DNA from: Octopus sinensis
Lineage: Eukaryota
Direction of reading: 5' to 3'
DNA length: 64,000 bases
Assembly: GCF_006345805.1 (NCBI RefSeq)
Contig: NC_042998.1
Coordinates: 109,864,001-109,928,000, forward strand
Part shown: positions 54,953 to 64,000 of the stretch, in pieces
Position numbering within the stretch: position 1 is the first letter of the stretch
How the letters are laid out: every line of letters starts with the position of its first letter
Notes under the pieces: model-generated
The model's input: only the letters and a program-made list of their open reading frames with translations
Told to the model about the DNA's origin: nothing
Databases searched by the model: none
Program-made: the position numbers and the translations under genes

Positions 54953-55254
54953 TTGAGAAAGATTCTTTCGGGTTTGGTTAATTCACCTCTGGAAACATGG
55001 GTGTTTTGTTCAACATCCATAAACAACCCTTATTCAGGGACCTTTTGAGTGGGATGGGTTACTCGACCAGAAGAAAATTCTAACTGGGCCTCAACTGCAA
55101 GGTCATGAGCTGTTTATCTTGATATGAGATCACTAATTCGTTGTGTTGCATGTGCCTAGTGTACCCTTATCAGACGGGTAGTCATGATGGGTATACTGGG
55201 CTTCGTATATTTTACCCCAGTGTCACTTTGATGACATACACTGCTCCCTCACTC

Positions 55255-55330
<76 letters not shown>
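54190..55330. repeat. (AAT)n microsatellite array interrupted by retroelement modules
   Basis: Directly visible; a GATGATGAGGAT interruption recurs three times. Confidence 0.95.
54350..55254 (+). mobile_element. Extreme 3' end of an R4/Dong-type LINE: two ~305-bp copies (453-bp period) plus a ~47-bp stub
   Basis: Each module starts with codons for ILRKILS, like the R4 ORF C-terminus (compare IIRKVL at 56.25 kb). The two full copies run through a UTR-like segment to CTCACTC and then (AAT)n. Confidence 0.7.
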
Positions 55331-55334
<4 letters not shown>

Positions 55335-56375
55335 CCATCCATGGAACCCATCATCCACGGGCAGACACTGATCTCCTATACATGAAGAGAGCAAATGTAG
55401 GTAGTGGACTGATAAGTGTGGAAGATTGCGTATGTATCGAAATTGGGAGCTTATTGAGATTCCTTGCTAGTGTCAATTAGAAATGGGGAGGGGGACATTG
55501 ATAGCAGAGAAAAAAGGGAGAAACAAAGATGTATAAAAAGGAAGTAAAAAAGCATTACGCAACCAGGGACTACACAATCAATTCCATGTAGCCACAGCTG
55601 AAGCTGCTGGAAAACATAGTTGGGGTCGGCTGAAGAAAGGTACTCTGATAAAGAGACTGAGAATATTATACTGACAGCACAAGACCAAGCTTTGGTCACG
55701 AATAGACATGGGCAAGTGTCTGCGCTGTGCCTTATCTGTAACAGAGTGAACGGAACCATTGCCCTTATCGCGAACGAATGCTCTAGACTTGCCCCAAACC
55801 ACAACAAAGTGTGGTGATTCGATGGGGTAGTGAAAGTGCTCCATTGGAAACTGTGCGAAGAGTAGGGGCTAGTGAGAGGCAAACCGCACAGAGTGGCGGA
55901 GTCGGAGAATTGTAGAATCCTCAACCCAAACAGATCAGGTTTTAGAGCATAACAGACTCGACCTAGTGGTGATCGACAAGATGTTTCAAGTGCTATTTAG
56001 TTGATGTTGCCCGCCCCTTTGACCCATGAATAGTCAAGAAGAATGGTGAAAAAATAGATATATACAATCCTCTTAAATACGAAACAGCCCGGATATGAAA
56101 AATGAAGACGATGAAGATAGTGCTAATTATTGTTGGGTCCTTGGGGACAGTAACAGAAGGCATTAAGAGGAATATAAACGGAATCAGAATAGAGTGCTAA
56201 GTAGAACTGTTACAAGAGTTTTACCTCCTTGCCACGGCCAGCATAATTAGGAAAGTATTAGATACTTGAAAAGAAGAGATGACATGGTACCGTAACTGCA
56301 GGTGTAATCCTGCTACGCATGCACGACTCCAGGAGTTACAACAAAACCCGAGATGCAAAGAATAAAAATAATAAT
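55331..56375 (+). mobile_element. 5'-truncated R4/Dong-clade LINE (RT C-terminus, Zn knuckle, REL endonuclease, 3' UTR), pseudogenised
   Basis: MTIHGTHHPRADTDLLYMKRANVGSGLISVEDC; LHNQF; KETENIILTAQDQAL; CLIC...EC; HNRLDLVVIDK; YLVDVARPFDP; IIVGSLGTV; IIRKVLDT* ending at 56269; AAT/GAT tail. Confidence 0.92.
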
Positions 56376-56439
56376 TATGATGATGATGATGATGATGTAT
56401 ATAGCTGCACGCATATATATATATATATATATACATACT

Positions 56440-56510
<71 letters not shown>

Positions 56511-56524
56511 TATATATATATACT

Positions 56525-56559
<35 letters not shown>

Positions 56560-59272
56560 TATAACTGCTGTCGTGATAGATGCCAAACAAAAATGAAAGT
56601 CATTACAGATTCGATCAAAGCCGTTGCAACCTATCGCGATTCAGTTCATTAAAATAAACACATACACCAAAGAACCTTTTAAGTCTAATGCTCCAAGGGC
56701 AATATTGTTCCATTTTAACAACGTCTAAGATATGTTTGCCCTCATTTTAATCACACCGATATCCATTTGCCAAAAAAAAAAAATGTCATTTCATATTATT
56801 ATCCATTCCCGACGTCATCTGCAGCATCTTGTGCGATTATCATTAATAAGCTTAATGATATAGCAGAACGATTCATGTAATTCATCGAATTGCCTGGAGC
56901 AAGATATGAAAACCTTTTTTAAAGTTGCTAATGGCTTTATGTTACAACGGAACAGGCATCAAGTCGAGTAAGATATATTTAGTCACAAAGATTGGTAAGT
57001 TGATATAAATGTAATCGTTACACAATGTTGCGCACATAATTTAAATTTGGCTGAATTCATGTGATAAGTACCAATAGTAAAACCAAGGTATATGTTTGAA
57101 ATCTGGAATTTTTTTCTCTAATTGTGTACCTCTTCTTCAGTACTAAATGTACAATGTAAAGAACAACACAGTCAGAATAAATATTTTGCACCGAGTCTAA
57201 AAAGATGTTTTGTTATAGGCGCCAGGGGGAATTCAGCAGTAAAGGAAGTGTTGCAGAATTTCCTCAGAACTAGTAGTTGCTCTAAAAAGAATCTGGATGC
57301 TGAGTTATAAAACTGTACAACTAATCAGCTTACCGAGGTAAAGTATATAATAGAAACACGCTGTTCTTATGAATTCATAGTTGTTCTTATATTCTGGAGT
57401 AAAACGCGAAAGAAGACTTAATTTATATAATTACAGAAACGTAGTCTAATTATATTGATGGCTTCTCGTTTGATTCGGCTCTTGAAAAACGATGTGAAAA
57501 ATATGCGAAATATGTAGAAATCTACATTCAAACATATTGAAAAAGGCAGTATTTAGATTGTCTCGAAAATGTGATAATATAGAACAGAAATTGCAGAGAG
57601 AACACAAAAGAAAAATATTCCAGGATGAAATTGTACAGGCTGAAGGAATTATATGATGCTCGTCAGAAAATTGTAGTTGAATTCTACTGAATGTCCTTAG
57701 ATTTTGTTATAAGTAGTACAGGAAAATTTTCGTTCAATTTAAACACGTAACATTGTTAAATCTAGATGCAAAACATTTTAATTGTGCAGATAATGAGGAC
57801 AAATGAGTAGATTTTAGAAGATATGGACTCCAGTATCATTCGCTGTCAAACTGAAATTGTAGAAGCGTTTCGTACATTGAATATTATATGCAAAGAAATA
57901 ACGTGCACTGGCAGTAAAGCAAATACAGGTGACACAAAAATGAACATCAGCAATGTACAGAAATTCATGATCCACCGTGGCATGGATTTCATTTATCTCA
58001 CCTGCCCACGCTCTACCATATTTTTCGACCTTACCAATAAATAATGTAGTTTCACAACGAGCGTTTTATCAGCTAAAACACATAAGGCCTATATTTGTTC
58101 TATAATGTTTAATAAAATATTTCCCGGTTTGCTTTCGCTCTCTATATAATGAGACTTGATGGTTTCTGAAATGAATTCTCTTAAATAGATAACTGCTAAA
58201 ATAAAGCCAGATGAAAAAAGACTATTGTAGTTCCTCCATACATGTTTTGTTTTCAATTAAGGTTTTAAATCAAGTTATGTTTTAAATTAATATTAAAATA
58301 ATTAAATAACGTTTTTATTTTTAGAAATTTATAAGCTTCACATCAGAATCTGGTTAGACCATTGTCCTGGTCCTTGCTTGTGTGCTTTCAAAATTCCGCC
58401 GATATAACAAAATAAGTCACGTTAGGGTGAAATTAGTTCTAAATTAAAACCTTTACATGAGGCATAGATCTGTTCCCACTCTGAATTATGTATATTAGCA
58501 ACGTATAGCTCAAAATATGCGTGATGGAAATATAAGGTCTATTGATCTGGAAACCATGAAATCAAGAACAAAAAAGTCATTTGCTAATAGCTCTCTCTGT
58601 CGGTGTTAAACTATTCTGGAAAAAGCTCTTCCGGGATTTTGCTTCATTTAGTAGTATGAATAAAAAGTGATGAAATTACCATAAGGTCCACTATTGCACA
58701 CGAAGATTATGGCATTCTGATCTCTTGGACATATATCGATGACTTCCTCTAAAAAAAAGATGAACGAATGCAAAAGATTCTGAGCTCTATCCCAGAATAT
58801 AAATGTTAATGTCATCTCAAAAATGCTCATAAAATTATGAAAGTAATTTTTTTTTATGCCTTTTCATCTAGTACAACCTCTCCATTAGCATGTTGCCATA
58901 CATAGAAATTAACTTACAAGGTGAAAAAGATGTTGGCAGTTGCCCGATTTAAGCTATATCACTTAGTCTACTAATACTCTTAGGGATGTCCTTTGTGTTA
59001 CAAGCAATAAGCTTAGGGATCCCTTTAAAGAACATCTTTCCTTCCTCCAGCTACTCTGGAAGGCACTAAAAAGGATCACCTTACAAAGATATAGAAGATT
59101 GACTGATGTTTTTCAGAAAGTGCTTTCATTCTGAAGTGGTACAACCCCTACAAAAAAAAAAAAAAAAGAAACGTAATATCATGTTGCATGAGTTTCAAGC
59201 AAATGTACATTAACATTAAAACACGACATAAAGCGTGAATGTGCCACATACAGAAATATGACTGCGAAAGAC

Positions 59273-59314
<42 letters not shown>

Positions 59315-59871
59315 TAGAGAGAACGGAGAGGAGAGAGAATGGGGAGGGAGGCAGAGAGAGGGAGGGAGAGAGAGGTAAGTTAATGATGAAGGTTAGTGTG
59401 AGTGGAAGAAAAACTGAGATGTTGACGCTAGACTTAATTACACTTGCTGTTAGTAAAAGGCAGAGTGACAATGTTTTAGAAAGGTTCTCAACTCTGTGAT
59501 ACATAAATGAATGACCAAATTAAATATTATAAGCGGCAGAGAAGAGATGAATACGTTTCGGTGATTTTGATAAGGTACATCATTTCAATCTACACTTTAG
59601 ACGTTTTTGGTGATTATTGATCTTGTCGTCAATCAAGAGTGATAAGGCTATACGCAAACAATACTTGTCATATAGAAAATAAACGTATGGTCACAAATGG
59701 AGAGTATATACAAATTACTTGTTTCCGGTTTAGCTCAGTTGTATGCTTGAATGTGAGAGAGAAGAAAACGGAAGCATGAAGGTGGTATAAGAAACAAAGA
59801 AACAGTCTGAGTCGCAAACACGGAGGAAGAAATTGACAGAGAAATGAAGAGAGAGATTCATCGAATGAAAA

Positions 59872-59959
59872 TCTTTATATATAAAAGTAAGGTTGTGTGT
59901 CTGTCTCCTACGATTTAGATTCCTAACTACTCCCACATTTTGCCGGGCGATACTGCTAG
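59872..59959 (+). mobile_element. 88-bp non-autonomous Helitron-like element
   Basis: 5' TCTTTATATATAAAAG and 3' CCGGGCGATACTGCTAG, inserted between A (59871) and T (59960) with no TSD. Confidence 0.7.
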
Positions 59960-61704
59960 TGAATAATAAAAGTAGAGAGAAATTTATGTAAAAAAATAAA
60001 GAAGGAGGGAGAGAGAGAAGGAGGAGGAAAAGAAAGTGGGAGAAGGAGAGCGCGCGAGTGAGTGAGAATCTGAAGGAGAAAGCAGGAAAGACAGTTTGGC
60101 ATTACATGTTATGGCGTCTACTGTTTCTAACAGATCGAATGACAGGGACTTTTGAATTAATCACCACCTCACGCTAACATTAGTTTATAACTTTCTGCCT
60201 TTTTCTCAGCTCTTTTTTTGAATTAAACACAAACTATTGTCTCTGTCAAGTTTGTGATATATAAATGAACGTCCGACTCTAATTTTAAAAGTAGTAAAAT
60301 TACAAAATAAAAATTGAATATACGGGTTGATGCATATTTAGATTGGCCATCACGACTCGCCCAGAACACCATTTTCCAGTTTCCACACGTCGTCGTAGTA
60401 ATGCTTGTTCTAGCATAGCTTTGATTGTCAAGGCTAAAACAAACTAAAAAACGATCTGTTGAAGTCATTTATTTACCGAATTACTAAAACTGCAAAATAA
60501 ATATTATATTTATGATACATTACGCCTTCGAGTTCACTTGACAGAATATAAAATAAATTTAATAAATAATCGGTATTTCTTTAAATTACTTTCCCCAGGG
60601 CAATGGAAAAATAATTTGAAATTATTTCTGGCATATCTTTTGAATATTTTAACTTTAATCTTTGGTTATATTTTTATCAATATTTCTCGTTTTACAATAG
60701 CTCCCAATAATATTAATTTACTTAGTATGTTAATACGAAATAAAATATACATATAGCACCTTTTAGTATATAAATAAATTACCGGGAAGTTTTTAATCAA
60801 GCAGAGTGGAAGAACCATTAAAGTTGTTGCTGAATTTTACGCGTCGTTTAGATACATGGTTTGTTTTTTTGTCCCGAGATCAAATCTCATCAGTCAATTT
60901 ATCTTTAAATTTTTATGCCTTTAAAATATACTATTAATCAAGTACTAGTGCTGATTGTGACAACTCTACAGGTTCAAATGAAACTGTGTGTTATGGGGTA
61001 AATCATTATTGACATTATTATGAGCAAAAAGCTCCTGTTTCTATTCACAACCAGTGAATTAGTTATTGCCGCATGGCTAAATAATCGAGCAGTTTCCTTC
61101 GTAATTATATGTTTCTAGTTCTCATTCAAGTACACAGAATTGTGAGCAATTTTTTTCACTTTTATAACGCATTTCAAACTAAAGCATAAACGTCTAATTA
61201 TTGGACAAATTGTTAATCAGGTGTTCATTGCCGTCGCACTCAGTGTTACCATAACTCTGTTTAGACATTACACTAAGAGTAGAAGTGTCCGTGGAATACA
61301 TAATATCTTACATTTTGATACTGTATATAGATAGGTCCCTCGATTACACAAACAAAATATGTCACATAACCGAAAATAAATTCACATTTATATGTATATA
61401 AAAAGAATTTCAGAAGACCAAATATTCTCGAATAAAATTTATCATGGTACATGACAAAACTGGTACCAAAAATTTGTAAACCCTACAAGTGATATCTGAT
61501 TTATTGGTTTGAAGTGGAGATACAATTCGAAACCGTCTAACGGCCAAAATAACTTACGCTAGGTTTTCTGTTCGGTCAAAACAGATATGCTTCTGATTTC
61601 ATTGTCCTACCACACATCTACCTTAACTGAAACAACAATTGGTAACAATTGGTAAAATAGCTTGAAGTACCGTAATCTTTTCTGCAAACTATGGAACAGT
61701 TCTT

Positions 61705-61936
<232 letters not shown>

Positions 61937-62609
61937 CTATCTAATATCGATGTATATATTTGCCAATTTTAAATTATGATAACGGCACTGAATCCTGATG
62001 TTTATAACAGGTATGCAGCATAATTGAATAATTTGATTGTAAGGAGTAGGAATCCGTTTGAATACAGAACATTACTTGAATACGTGGGGCTAACAAATGA
62101 ATCCTTACATGGATACTCGATTCACTAGAAATTGCTGCTAAATATCCCTTAAAAAACGCAGGTTACTATCTTTAGAAAAGGCCACAGTGGAGAACGCATT
62201 CCTAGTTATACTTCTCGGAAACTTGAAGCACTTTGATGAAATTATGTTTAATCACGCTTGACAATAACTGGCATTTCTTGTTTATCTTGGAGATCATCCA
62301 TAATCATCGTAATATGTTAGTTAATTAAGGTAAAAATTATTGTTTTAATTAATACTTGCTTAAGTTTTTAAGCAAAATTTCTTAAGCATTTTTGTTTTTA
62401 AGTTGAACTAAATACTTGTATGATTTTAGACGGAAGTAAACATTGAAGCACTTGAACTTGTGTATAATATAAACAAGATAGATTGTGACAGTAGTGCCAA
62501 GTTAGAGCTACTGTAGATTTGCAAAGATTTCTACCGCGGCACAACTTCTGAATACCTTCTGAAATAATTATTTCGAAAAACACTGTGATTATTATAAGAC
62601 GCGTTCATA

Positions 62610-63452
62610 CGTAGTCTGATCAATAAGTATCCGGACTGTTGACATAGTAACGGAGCTAAAGCATGCAGTGTGAAACTGCTTGGTACAGATTGACCGTCAA
62701 TTCCCTTGGTACATGCGCACTAAGTTTTAACGTTCTAGCTCACTCCCGCTGTTTGCAGTAGTGATTGGAAGTAATGTGTGTAGCGTTAAATCTGCATTCA
62801 ATTTTGCCAATAGCTTGGCGATTCTTGCTCAGAGGGTACGCAAAGTTTTCAAAACGATTTCATCGTTCTCGACGACTCAATCAAGGAGATTTGTGTAACT
62901 GAAAGTTGAATGTCTATTTGGTCAGCTGAAAGCAGTTTTGGCTCAAACTTGGCAGACACGCGTCTCATACCCAAATCTTCAGTGATAATGGACTGAACTG
63001 AACCGTAACTAATCTGCACATCTGCTGATAACTCACGGATGTTGATTCGACGATTTCCCCTCGCAGATCCCCGCAACATCTGCGGTGTTTTTCTCAGTTC
63101 TGCTGGTTGCAGGTCTCCCAGAAAGTTCGTCACTATCAACATTTTTTCGGCCATCTTAGAAACGTCTGAACCACTCGTACACTTGCTAGCGGCTCATACA
63201 CCTCTCTCCATACACTTTCTACAACTTTGCGTAGGCCTCTGAGCAGGAATCGCCATAACAACTTTCTCTATTATGGTCAATGTAATGATCACACGCTACA
63301 CACCTTCCTTCCAAGCACTATTGTAAACAGCGGGTGTGAGTTAGAACATTAAAATTTACTGCACATGCACAGTAGAGATGAAGATCAAGCTGCGTCAAGC
63401 GGTTTCACTCTGCGTGCTTTAGCTTTGTTACTATGGCAATAGTTCGGATACA
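62610..63452. mobile_element. Mariner derivative built from two convergent 5' halves
   Basis: Plus 62610-62848 carries the TIR, 5' UTR and ICIQFCQ start. Minus 63452-62850 carries a diverged homologous 5' UTR plus HTH-coding sequence (YEWFRRF, INIRELSADV, LGMRRVSAKFEPKLLS). Confidence 0.82.
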
Positions 63453-63558
63453 CATATGAATATTTATATAAATACGCACACATATATGTATTTATGTCTA
63501 TATATATATGTATATCTGCATGTATGTAATTATGTATGTGTTTACACACACACATGAA

Positions 63559-63609
<51 letters not shown>

Positions 63610-63644
63610 CATATATATTTGTGTGTCTGTGTGTGTCTATATGA

Positions 63645-63920
63645 GAAGGCGCATAGCTTAATGGTTAGGAGTAGTCGGCTCACGATCCTAAGGTCATGAG
63701 TTCGTTACTCGGCGCCGCGTTGTGCCTCTTGAGCAAGACGCTTTTTTATTCACGTTGCTCCAGTCCAGTCACTGGCAAAAAAATGGGTAGTACCTGTATT
63801 TCAAAAGGCTAGTCTTGTCTTAATCTGTGTCACGCTGAATTTCTCCGAGAACTACGTTAAGTCGAGTGCTCAGCCACTTGTACGGGAATTTCACGAGCAG
63901 GCTCTTCCGTTGATCGTAAC
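63645..63920 (+). mobile_element. tRNA-derived SINE (CORE-like box, third tail type)
   Basis: GAAGGCGCATAGCTTAATGGTTAGG...GAGTTCGTTACTC...CTTGAGCAAGACGC...TTCACGTTGCTCCAGTCCA, then GTACCTGTATTTCAAA...GAGAACTACGTTAAG. Confidence 0.8.
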
Positions 63921-64000
63921 GGAATGTCAGTTTGATGTGTATCCATCGCACCAACGCACGGTTGCAACACCATATGGTCTTATCTCCAACCGTGTTTTTT

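Noticed and set aside
54350-55254. CRISPR-like repeat-spacer array
   Set aside because: Eukaryotic context; the long units are identical and separated by microsatellite rather than unique spacers; no cas genes.

Overview
AT-rich animal DNA, packed with microsatellites and transposon debris. The SINE repertoire and (TA)n/(TACA)n/(TCTA)n load suggest an octopod cephalopod; this is inference from recalled repeat families, not a database search. I find no intact protein-coding gene, rRNA, tRNA gene or CRISPR array, and almost all supplied ORFs are translated microsatellites. Recognisable content: several tRNA-derived SINEs, two mariner derivatives, a Tigger/pogo element with a nested SINE, R4/Dong LINE fragments, Penelope-like (PLE) RT and GIY-YIG remnants, PLE terminal-repeat (pLTR)-like fragments and a tiny Helitron-like element. 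The strongest novel signal is at 49.7-50.7 kb: a 359-bp perfect inverted duplication bounded by (TA)n. It carries an apparently intact type I hammerhead ribozyme with an unusually long 76-nt stem II. Three degenerate minimal hammerheads and a second insertion with the same fold-back architecture (14.0-14.3 kb) occur elsewhere. Repeat boundaries are approximate unless a TSD or TIR is quoted.
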